Below, piece after piece: positions 50,571-58,656 of a DNA stretch of 64,000 nt. The stretch is from Gallionellaceae bacterium. GTDB lineage: Bacteria; Pseudomonadota; Gammaproteobacteria; Burkholderiales; Gallionellaceae. The stretch's first letter is position 1; each line of letters begins with the position of its first letter. The notes below the pieces were generated by a model. The model saw nothing but the letters and a program-made list of their open reading frames with translations, was not told where the DNA came from and did no database searches. Location of the stretch: NCBI GenBank assembly GCA_031400735.1, contig JANNQM010000066.1:8867-72866 (forward strand), read 5' to 3'. The position numbers and the translations under genes were made by a program.

Positions 50571-51413
50571 ATGGCAAAACCGAACAAAGGATTGGGACGC
50601 GGGCTGGATGCCTTGTTGTCCGGCAACGTCAAAGAGCAGGACGATGTATTGCGCGACGTTAAAGTCAGCCAGCTCAGGCCGGGCAAATATCAGCCGCGCA
50701 GCCGTATGGATGAAGCATCGCTAAATGAATTGGCGGCGTCAATCAAGGCGCAAGGTGTAATGCAGCCCATATTGGCGCGCGCATTGAACGATGGCAATCT
50801 GGAAATTATCGCCGGGGAACGGCGCTGGCGCGCAGCGCAGATGGCCGGCTTGACCCAGGTGCCGGTACTGGTGCGCAAAGTGGCAGACAATGCCGCACTG
50901 GCCATGGCGCTGATTGAAAATATTCAGCGCGAAGACCTTAGTTCGCTGGAAGAAGCCTACGGCATCCAGCGCCTGATCGATGAATTCAAGATGACCCACC
51001 AGACCGCCGCCGATGCGGTGGGCCGCTCGCGCAGTGCCGCCAGCAATCTGCTGCGCTTGCTCAAACTGCCGCAACCGGTGCAAGCAATGCTGATGAATGA
51101 CCAGCTCGACATGGGCCACGCGCGCGCGCTGTTGGCGCTGGGCGGCGCGCAGCAAATAACCGTGGCCAATAAAATTGCCGCACAAAAACTATCGGTACGC
51201 GAAGCAGAAAAATTAATCCAGCACCTGCTGAACCCGGAAGCCAAACCGAAAAAAGCCAAACCCAACCGCGACATTGTGCATTTGCAGGAAGAGCTGGCAC
51301 AACGCATCGGCACCCAGGTGCAGATCAAACCGGGCAAGAAGGGTGCAGGCAAACTGATTATTGATTACACCAGCCATGATCATCTGGATGAGCTGATTCA
51401 ACGTTTGAAATAA
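50571..51413 (+). CDS. parB: Chromosome partitioning protein ParB (Spo0J)
   Basis: GLGRGLDALL, ParB box IIAGERRWRAA, and an HTH. Confidence 0.93.
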   Translation: MAKPNKGLGRGLDALLSGNVKEQDDVLRDVKVSQLRPGKYQPRSRMDEASLNELAASIKAQGVMQPILARALNDGNLEIIAGERRWRAAQMAGLTQVPVLVRKVADNAALAMALIENIQREDLSSLEEAYGIQRLIDEFKMTHQTAADAVGRSRSAASNLLRLLKLPQPVQAMLMNDQLDMGHARALLALGGAQQITVANKIAAQKLSVREAEKLIQHLLNPEAKPKKAKPNRDIVHLQEELAQRIGTQVQIKPGKKGAGKLIIDYTSHDHLDELIQRLK

Positions 51414-51423
51414 GCTGTCCCGG

Positions 51424-51452
51424 TTGACAGTATAAACAATAATGTTTACTAT
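51424..51452 (+). promoter_or_regulatory. Putative sigma70 promoter of hicAB
   Basis: TTGACA (51424-51429), 17-nt spacer, TACTAT (51447-51452). The hicA ATG is 6 nt downstream, so the mRNA looks leaderless. Confidence 0.5.
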
Positions 51453-51458
51453 TTGGCT

Positions 51459-51636
51459 ATGAACAGCAAGGAGTTCAAGCGCTGGCTGAACGCAACAAGG
51501 GGCAACCTTTCAAGCAGGCAGAGGTTCGCATCTTAAAGTGTACTTGAACGGCAAACAGTCTGTTCTACCCATGCACAACACTGACCTTAAGACGGGCACG
51601 GTCGAAGGCATCAAGAAACAACTTGGATTGAAATAA
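51459..51636 (+). pseudogene. hicA: HicA-family toxin gene with a +1 frameshift
   Basis: MNSKEFKRWLNA in frame 1 stops at 51534. QGATFQAGRGSHLKVYLNGKQSVLPMHNTDLKTGTVEGIKKQLGLK continues in the +1 frame from 51496. Total length is 178 nt (3n+1). Confidence 0.75.
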
Positions 51637-51646
51637 GGAGCGCCCA

Positions 51647-52069
51647 ATGTTTATCTACCCTGTCACCCTCACCGCAGACAAAAAAAACGGCGGATTCGTT
51701 GTTACTTTCACCGACATCCCCGAAGCCATCACCCAAGGCGAAACCAAAGATGAAGCCTTGGCTGCTGCGAAAGATGCGCTGGAATCGGCGCTGGATTTCT
51801 ACTTTGAAGACAAGCGTACCGTGTCCGCACCATCCAAACCCAAGCGCGGCCAGCACCTTATCGAACTTCCGGCCAGCTTGTCAGCCAAGGTGCTGTTGCT
51901 CAACGAAATGATCGCGCAGAATGTGCGCCCCGCCGAGCTTGCGCGCCGCCTCCATACCACTCCGCAAGAGGTCAACCGATTAACCAATGTGCGGCATACC
52001 ACGCGCATAGACGGCATCGCCGCAGCGCTACAAGCTCTGGGCAAGCATCTGGATATGCGCGTGGTATGA
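51647..52069 (+). CDS. hicB: HicB-family antitoxin with C-terminal HTH
   Basis: MFIYPVTLTADKKNGGFVVTFTDIPEAITQGETKDEAL is a HicB N-terminal fold. XRE-like HTH in the C-terminus. GGAG RBS. Confidence 0.85.
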   Translation: MFIYPVTLTADKKNGGFVVTFTDIPEAITQGETKDEALAAAKDALESALDFYFEDKRTVSAPSKPKRGQHLIELPASLSAKVLLLNEMIAQNVRPAELARRLHTTPQEVNRLTNVRHTTRIDGIAAALQALGKHLDMRVV

Positions 52070-52131
52070 ATCGGTGACTGGATGATTAAGTCTCGCATGC
52101 ATCTTTCATTTATATCCCGTAGAATTGCCGG

Positions 52132-52515
52132 ATGTTTACAAAAACAACACACCGCATCCTGATAGGCTGGTTGATCCTGGCGCTTTTGCTGGCGCAGGGG
52201 ATGCGGGTATGCATACATGCTTATGGTGCACCGCACATTGCCGACCATGCGCATGAAGTGTCCGCCACGCATCTCGAAAGCGCGTTTAGTATGCTCGACG
52301 ACCACGGCGAGGCGGTGTCGGATACGCACATATCGCTGATCGGCATGCTCAAACATCTGTCAGCCCAGCCGCTGATTGCTGTAGTGCTGCTGCTAACGCT
52401 GATTCTGGTTCTGTTGCGGACCGGCGTTTTGAGGCTGACACAACCACGCGACCCAGTATTTCGTCCGCCCCATGGGCATTACTTTAGCCCACCTCTGCGC
52501 GCTCCGCCGCGCTAA
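52132..52515 (+). CDS. His-rich two-TM small protein (CzcI/DUF2946-like by composition only)
   Basis: N-terminal TM segment, then CIHAYGAPHIADHAHEVSATH...DDHGE..DTH, a second TM, and tail RPPHGHYFSPPLRAPP. First gene of the metal cassette. Confidence 0.5.
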   Translation: MFTKTTHRILIGWLILALLLAQGMRVCIHAYGAPHIADHAHEVSATHLESAFSMLDDHGEAVSDTHISLIGMLKHLSAQPLIAVVLLLTLILVLLRTGVLRLTQPRDPVFRPPHGHYFSPPLRAPPR

Positions 52516-52609
52516 CTACTCCCCGATGTATTGAATCACCCGCGCTTGAAAGTGTGGGTGGCCGTTCGACATTAACGTCGTGCGTATCTGCGCGGCAAGG
52601 AGTAGAAAA

Positions 52610-53899
52610 ATGAAATTCAATAGTGCATTACCCACCGCAGCTGGGTGGGCGTTAGTCATGTTCCTGCTCGGCGCACCGCTGGCCTTGGCCCAGGAAAAAC
52701 CGGTGTGGACGCTTGTGGCCAGCGTGCAACGCGCGCTTGATGTGGCGCCCGAGCTGCGCGCTGCCGAGGCGGAAATTGCCGCGCGCGCGGGAGAATTATC
52801 ACAAGCGGGTGCGTGGCCTAACCCGACCCTGGAATTGCGCGCGGATGAAAAGCTGACGATAGAAAGCGGACGCGGCCGGTTTGGACTTAATCAGCTGGCC
52901 ATCACGCAGCCGATCCCGTTGCGCCGGTTGGCCCCTCAGCGCCGTGCCGCAGAGCTGACTCTGCAAGGCGTGCAGGCGGAACAGCGCTACCAAAATCTGC
53001 AAAGTGAGACCCGCACCGCGCATGCCTACCATGCATTACAACGTGCGACGGAGCGGCAGCAGCGGGCACAGGAACGCCTGGCCTTCGCTGAAAAAATGCA
53101 GCGTGGCAACAAGCAAAAAAAAGATGACCCGCTGGTGCGCTATCTTTCACCATTGGAACGCGCGCGACTCGACGTACTGCGCGAGACTGCGTATCAAGAG
53201 GTAGCCGAAGCCGAGGGAAAATGGAGCGAGGCCGCCGCGCAACTGCGCGCGTTGTTGGCACTAGCGCCCGGCGAGCAGCTTGAAACCTTGCCGTTAGCAC
53301 CGGCCGCTACCCCGCCAACACTCTCAGCACTGCTCGACCGCCTGACCTCGCACCCCGCACTCCAAGCGGCGCAGCATAACCGCGAGGCCAATCAAGCAGG
53401 CGTCGACGTGGCGCGTGCACAACGGCTTGCGGATCCAACCGTAGGCATTTTTCATGAACAGGATGAGCTGGCCGGAGAGCGCCGCATTTACTCGGGGATC
53501 ATGCTTAGCATGCAACTACCGCTGTGGAATAAAAATAATGGCTCAGTCGCGCGTGCGGTTGCCGTTACCAACAAGGCTGACGCTATGCTGGCAACTCAAC
53601 ACCGCGACCTGGAAAGCCGCTTGCGCCAGAATCATCTGCATCTGGGACATCTGATCGAGCAAGCAGAGCATTACCGAACCCGCTTGCTGGTGCCAGCAAA
53701 AAAAGTCCTCGACCTGACGCGCAAAGGGTTTGTCACGGGCGAGCAAAGCGGGCTGGCGCTAGTAGATGCCAGTAACACTTATTTTGAGGCGCAGGCGCAT
53801 TACCTTGATCTGCTGCACGACGCGTGGTTTGAGGCTGCAGAATTGCGGCTAGCTTCCGGCGTTTCGATAATTATCTCTTCGATGGAGACCCAACCATGA
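52610..53899 (+). CDS. TolC-family outer-membrane efflux factor (CzcC/CusC-like)
   Basis: Signal peptide ending in ALAQE and two OEP repeats. ATG at 52610 with an AAGGAG RBS. The stop overlaps the RND start (ATGA). Confidence 0.88.
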   Translation: MKFNSALPTAAGWALVMFLLGAPLALAQEKPVWTLVASVQRALDVAPELRAAEAEIAARAGELSQAGAWPNPTLELRADEKLTIESGRGRFGLNQLAITQPIPLRRLAPQRRAAELTLQGVQAEQRYQNLQSETRTAHAYHALQRATERQQRAQERLAFAEKMQRGNKQKKDDPLVRYLSPLERARLDVLRETAYQEVAEAEGKWSEAAAQLRALLALAPGEQLETLPLAPAATPPTLSALLDRLTSHPALQAAQHNREANQAGVDVARAQRLADPTVGIFHEQDELAGERRIYSGIMLSMQLPLWNKNNGSVARAVAVTNKADAMLATQHRDLESRLRQNHLHLGHLIEQAEHYRTRLLVPAKKVLDLTRKGFVTGEQSGLALVDASNTYFEAQAHYLDLLHDAWFEAAELRLASGVSIIISSMETQP

Positions 53900-56800
53900 T
53901 CGCCGCACTGATACGTTTTTCGCTAATCCAGCGGCTGATGATTTTGCTGCTGGCCGTTGCCGTCATACTAGCTGGACTGTGGGCGTTTCGCGCGCTGCCG
54001 ATCGATGCCTTCCCTGACATTTCCAGCCCGCAAGTCATGGTGGTGGTGAAAGCGCCCGGCATGGCGCCGGAGGAAGTCGAGGCGCGCATCAGCTTTCCGA
54101 TAGAAATGGAAATGCAGGGCCTGCCGCGCCAGAAAATTTTGCGCTCCACCACCAAATATGCGCTGGCCAGCATCATCATAGATTTTGAAGATGGCACCGA
54201 TATTTATTGGGCGCGCGCGCAGGTGGCCGAACGCCTGAATCAGATTTGGGGTGATTTGCCGCAAGGCGTGTCCGGCGGATTGGCGCCGATCACCACCCCG
54301 CTGGGCGAAATTTATATGTACCGCATCGTCGGCGAAGGCTATAGCAATCAGGAGTTGCGCGCCTTGCAGGATTGGACCATACGCCCGCGTCTGCGCACCG
54401 TGGATGGCGCGGCGGATGTCAATTCTCTGGGCGGCGAAGTGCGCGCCTTCGAGGTAATCCCCGACCCGGCACAGCTGGCGGCGCAAGGTTTGGATTTACA
54501 TGACATCGAACAAGCGCTGCAACAAAACAACCGCAATGCAGGCGGCGACCGCATCAACCGCGAGCAGGAAATGTTGCTGGTGCGCACGGTTGGGCAATTG
54601 CGCAACGCCGATGACATCGCCAATATCACCATCACGACGCGCGATGGTGCAGCGATACGTATCAAGGATGTGGCGCGCGTGCGCATAGGCTCGCTCACCC
54701 GTTACGGCGCGGTGACGGCGGACGGCAAAGGCGAAGCGGTGACCGGCTTGGTGTTGTTGCGCAAGGGCGCGAACAGCCGCAGCACGGTAGAAGGCGTCAA
54801 GCGCGAACTGGCGGCACTTGCCCCGGCCCTGCCCAAAGGCGTGACGATTATTCCGTTTTATGACCGCACCGAGTTGGTTAACGAAGCTGTGAGTACAGTG
54901 CAGGTGGCGCTGGGCGAGGCGGTGGTGCTGGTGCTGCTGGTGTTGATCGTGTTGCTCGGCAACCTGCGCGCCGCACTGACGGTGGCTTTGATTCTGCCGC
55001 TGTCGGTGCTGGCTACGTTTATTTTGATGCAGGTGTTTGGTGTGTCGGCCAACTTGATGTCGCTCGGCGGATTGGCTATCGCCATAGGCATTTTGGTGGA
55101 TGCCGCCGTGGTGGTGGTGGAAAACGTCCACACGCAACTGAGCCACGCGCCGCCAGGTGTGAGCCGCTTGCACCTGGTGTATCGCGCCACGCTGGAAGTC
55201 GCCACTCCTGTAATTTCTGGCGTGCTGATTATTATCATGGTGTTCTTGCCGCTGTTCAGCCTGACCGGGTTGGAAGGAAAGATGTTCACGCCTCTTGCCA
55301 TCACCATTTCGTTTGCCTTGCTTAGTTCGCTGGTGCTTTCGCTGACGGCGATTCCGGTGCTGGCCAGTTTTCTGATGCGCGGTGGTGTCCATCAGGACGA
55401 CTGGATACTGACGCGCATCAAACGCATCTACTTGCCGCTGATGAATTGGGCGCTGCGTCATCGTGGCGTTGCGGTGGGCGTTGCATTCATCGCACTGGTG
55501 GGCGCGCTGGCGCTGATTCCATTCATCGGGCGCGAGTTCATGCCGGTGATGGACGAAGGAACGACGGTGATTATTGTGGAGAAATCCTCCAACGTGTCGC
55601 TGGAACATTCGCTGGCTTTGGATGAACCCATACACAAAGCCTGGATGGAACTGCCGCAGGTCACCGGCGTGGTGTCGCGCACCGGCGCGGACGAGCTGCG
55701 TCTGGATCCGATGGGGCTTTATCAGACCGATAATTTTGTGCTGACCAAGCCGCGCAGCGAGTGGGGCATCAGCGTTGAGGAATTCAACCAGCAGCTGCGC
55801 GACAAGCTGGAGCGCTTCAAGGATTTGGAATTCGACATCGCCTTCACCCAGCCGATAGACATGCGCACATCGGAAATGCTGACCGGCGTGCGCGCCGCAA
55901 TGGCGATCAAACTGTTCGGCGACGACCTCGCGCTGCTGGAAGAGAAATCCAAACAGATTGAAGATATTCTCGGTCGCATTCCCGGTGCGGTGGATATTTT
56001 TCGTGGACGGCTGTCGGGGCAAAATTATTTGCGCCTGACTATTCGTCAGCCAGACATCGCCCGATACGGCATCCGCACCGAAGACATCAACCAGATGATA
56101 GAAACTGCGGTCGGCGGTAAAGTGGTGAGCGAGATCATCGAAGGCAATCGCCGCAGCCCGGTGTTGCTGCGCTATCCGGAAAAAGCGCGCGCCTCGCCAA
56201 AAGCACTCGGGCAACTGCTGATCGAAACGCCGGGCGGAGCCAAAGTGCCGCTGGCGCTGCTGGCCGACATCGAAGAGGTGGATGGCCCGGTGCAGATCAC
56301 GCGCGAATCGGCCAAGCGCCAGGTGGTGGTGCAGTCCAACGTCGAGAACCGCGACGTGGTCGGCTTTGTGGACGAAGTGCGCGCCACGATAGAGCGCGAG
56401 GTAGAGTTGCCGCAAGGCTACCACATCACCTACGGCGGCCAGTTTGAAAACGAGCAACGCGCTGCGGCACGTCTGGCGCTGGTCGTGCCAGTGTCCATCG
56501 CGTTAATCTTTGTCATGCTGTTCACCACCTTCCGCTCGTTGCGCCAAGCCGGGTTAATCATCCTCAACATCCCGTTCGCGATGATAGGCGGCGTGGTGAG
56601 TTTGTATTTTTCTGGGCTGTATTTATCAGTCCCCGCCTCGGTCGGTTTCATCACGCTGTTCGGCGTGGCGGTGCTGAATGGCGTGGTGATGGTGACCTAT
56701 TTCAACCAGTTGCGTGCAGCCGGACGCAGCGTACTGCAAGCGGTACAGGAAGGCGCAGAACGCAGGCTGCGTCCGGTGCTGTTGACCGCGCTCATTGCGA

Positions 56801-56991
56801 GTCTTGGATTAGTACCGATGCTACTTGCCACCGGCCCCGGTTCCGAATTGCAGCGCCCCCTTGCGGTAGTCGTGATCGGCGGCTTGTTCACCTCAACGCT
56901 GCTGACACTGGTGCTGCTGCCCACGCTCTACGCCTGGCTCGAAGGTCGCACTGAACAAAAATCACAAACAGGACAGGAGAGCCTCACATGA
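53896..56991 (+). CDS. CusA/CzcA-family heavy-metal-efflux RND transporter
   Basis: 1031 aa with 12 TM helices. N-terminus IRFSLIQR...ALPIDAFPDISSPQV. TM4 reads AIGILVDAAVVVVENVH. Confidence 0.93.
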   Translation: MIAALIRFSLIQRLMILLLAVAVILAGLWAFRALPIDAFPDISSPQVMVVVKAPGMAPEEVEARISFPIEMEMQGLPRQKILRSTTKYALASIIIDFEDGTDIYWARAQVAERLNQIWGDLPQGVSGGLAPITTPLGEIYMYRIVGEGYSNQELRALQDWTIRPRLRTVDGAADVNSLGGEVRAFEVIPDPAQLAAQGLDLHDIEQALQQNNRNAGGDRINREQEMLLVRTVGQLRNADDIANITITTRDGAAIRIKDVARVRIGSLTRYGAVTADGKGEAVTGLVLLRKGANSRSTVEGVKRELAALAPALPKGVTIIPFYDRTELVNEAVSTVQVALGEAVVLVLLVLIVLLGNLRAALTVALILPLSVLATFILMQVFGVSANLMSLGGLAIAIGILVDAAVVVVENVHTQLSHAPPGVSRLHLVYRATLEVATPVISGVLIIIMVFLPLFSLTGLEGKMFTPLAITISFALLSSLVLSLTAIPVLASFLMRGGVHQDDWILTRIKRIYLPLMNWALRHRGVAVGVAFIALVGALALIPFIGREFMPVMDEGTTVIIVEKSSNVSLEHSLALDEPIHKAWMELPQVTGVVSRTGADELRLDPMGLYQTDNFVLTKPRSEWGISVEEFNQQLRDKLERFKDLEFDIAFTQPIDMRTSEMLTGVRAAMAIKLFGDDLALLEEKSKQIEDILGRIPGAVDIFRGRLSGQNYLRLTIRQPDIARYGIRTEDINQMIETAVGGKVVSEIIEGNRRSPVLLRYPEKARASPKALGQLLIETPGGAKVPLALLADIEEVDGPVQITRESAKRQVVVQSNVENRDVVGFVDEVRATIEREVELPQGYHITYGGQFENEQRAAARLALVVPVSIALIFVMLFTTFRSLRQAGLIILNIPFAMIGGVVSLYFSGLYLSVPASVGFITLFGVAVLNGVVMVTYFNQLRAAGRSVLQAVQEGAERRLRPVLLTALIASLGLVPMLLATGPGSELQRPLAVVVIGGLFTSTLLTLVLLPTLYAWLEGRTEQKSQTGQESLT

Positions 56992-57296
56992 AAAATCTAA
57001 CACTAATCGTCCATGCCGATGTCCAGCAGGCGCTGGCCGATGCATTGCGCAGCATCAAGCAAGCGTCCGGTTTTACCTTCACGCCGGTCGAAGGCCACGG
57101 CGCGCAGGATGGCAGTGACCCGACCCTCTCCGCAACAGACAGGGTAGTCGGCTACACGCCACAGGTGCGCGTGGATATTTTGCTGGAAGACGGCGATGTG
57201 GAGGCTGTCTTGCAGAAGTTGCGCACAGCCGACTGTGGATTGGCAGGGCGTGGTATTTACTGGGTTACGCCGCTGGAACATCGGGGGCGGTTGTGA
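56988..57296 (+). CDS. P-II-like (DUF3240-type) small cytoplasmic protein
   Basis: 102 aa. beta-alpha-beta pattern with VEGHG followed by a Gly/Asp/Ser/Thr-rich loop. The ATG overlaps the RND stop (ATGA). GGAG RBS. Confidence 0.65.
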   Translation: MKNLTLIVHADVQQALADALRSIKQASGFTFTPVEGHGAQDGSDPTLSATDRVVGYTPQVRVDILLEDGDVEAVLQKLRTADCGLAGRGIYWVTPLEHRGRL

Positions 57297-57367
57297 AGTG
57301 GGAGGGAGCAATCGCGCTGTACGCACTGCGACCGATCTTTAACGTTTTTATAACCTGAGAGGTGCAC

Positions 57368-58162
57368 ATGATATCAATTACAAAATCCGCCCTGCTGATG
57401 GCATTGGCGCTGCTAGTTCCGGCGCTGGCGTTCGGCCACGGCATGTCCGAGGCGGACAAGCTGGCAATCGTGGCGGGAGGCAACCTGCGTTACCTGTCAC
57501 TGGGTGCCACGCACATGCTGTCCGGTTACGATCACCTGTTGTTCGTGTTCGGTATTGTCTTCCTCCTGAAGACGTTCCGCGAGATCGTAAAATACATCAC
57601 CGCGTTTACGCTCGGGCACAGCGTCACGCTGATCTTCGCGACGTTCAACCACATCCAGATGAATTATCTGCTGATCGACGCCGTCATCGGCCTGAGCGTG
57701 GTGTACATCGCGTTCGCGAACCTGGACGGCTTCCGCCGCTATCTGGGCATCGCGCCGCCCAACCTGCTCGCCATGATCGCGCTGTTCGGGTTGATCCACG
57801 GCTTCGGGCTGTCAACACGGCTGCAGGAACTGCCGCTCAGCGAAACCGACCTGCTGATGAACATCATTTCGTTCAATGTCGGTGTCGAGCTGGGCCAGGT
57901 GCTGGCGCTGTCGGTCATGCTGGCACTGCTCGCGGGCTGGCGTAAAACAAAATCGTTCCTGTCCTTCAGCCGTGTGTCAAACGTCGGCCTGATTTTCGCG
58001 GGCATGCTGCTGTTTCTGATGCAGATGCACGGTTACTCTCACCAAAGCAGCCCGGACGAATTTGGCTTTAGCGCCGATAATCATCTGCACGAACATATCA
58101 AGCTGGATGCCGAACGCGCCGAGGCGCTTCGTTCCGAAGCAATACACGATTCTATTGATTGA
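57368..58162 (+). CDS. HupE/UreJ-like (family 2) membrane protein
   Basis: Signal peptide then GATHMLSGYDHLLFVFG, about 6 TM helices, and a His-rich tail HGYSHQSS...DNHLHEH. ATG at 57368 with a GAGG RBS. Confidence 0.65.
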   Translation: MISITKSALLMALALLVPALAFGHGMSEADKLAIVAGGNLRYLSLGATHMLSGYDHLLFVFGIVFLLKTFREIVKYITAFTLGHSVTLIFATFNHIQMNYLLIDAVIGLSVVYIAFANLDGFRRYLGIAPPNLLAMIALFGLIHGFGLSTRLQELPLSETDLLMNIISFNVGVELGQVLALSVMLALLAGWRKTKSFLSFSRVSNVGLIFAGMLLFLMQMHGYSHQSSPDEFGFSADNHLHEHIKLDAERAEALRSEAIHDSID

Positions 58163-58184
58163 CCAACCCAAAGGAGAAGTAAAT

Positions 58185-58532
58185 ATGCGTAAGATAATTA
58201 TTGCCGTAACGTTGTGTACCCTCAGCCTGATGACCGCCCCCGCTTTTTCTGGAGCCGACCACGAGCATTCCCATGCGCAAGGGCCGATTTCAGAGGAGGT
58301 GGCCAAACAAGAGGCGACCAAACAAGTTAGCGAACTGGTGTCGAAAGGAAAAGTCGACAAGAGTTGGAGCGGGATCAAACCAGCGAAGGCTTACCAGAAG
58401 ACCTTCAAGAAGGGACCGGAATGGGTTGTGGAGTTCGCAAACAGCGCGGCATCGGATAAGGCGAAACAGACGCTCTATCTGTTCTATACCCTGGACGGTC
58501 ACTATATGGCCGCAAATTTTACCGGCAAGTAA
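58185..58532 (+). CDS. Secreted small protein with N-terminal His cluster
   Basis: Signal peptide ...APAFSG, then ADHEHSHAQGPISEE. 115 aa. AAGGAG RBS 8 nt upstream. Confidence 0.55.
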   Translation: MRKIIIAVTLCTLSLMTAPAFSGADHEHSHAQGPISEEVAKQEATKQVSELVSKGKVDKSWSGIKPAKAYQKTFKKGPEWVVEFANSAASDKAKQTLYLFYTLDGHYMAANFTGK

Positions 58533-58587
58533 GTTCTACTCTTCCCGTAGCGTCTCATGAAAAAGCCGGGCGGTTGTAATTGAATAA

Positions 58588-58656
58588 GGGACGCTACCCT
58601 TAATATGAAATTTAAATAAGGGTAGCGTCCCCCCTTTCTTTCTTTTTCTTTTTTCC
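58588..58656 (+). terminator. Long hairpin plus pyrimidine tract closing the metal cassette
   Basis: Perfect 15-bp inverted repeat GGGACGCTACCCTTA (58588-58602) / TAAGGGTAGCGTCCC (58617-58631). It runs into a 29-nt all-C/T tract (58628-58656). Confidence 0.55.

Noticed and set aside
51492-51500. Programmed +1 ribosomal frameshift in hicA
   Set aside because: I could see no slippery heptamer, rare-codon pause or downstream structure. A simple 1-nt insertion is the more economical explanation.
54496-56457. 653-aa ORF on the minus strand, the second-longest unexplained ORF in the track
   Set aside because: It lies entirely antisense to the RND pump gene. Its translation is low-complexity and rich in His, Arg and Gln, with no recognisable motif. 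This is a typical shadow ORF of a GC-rich coding region.
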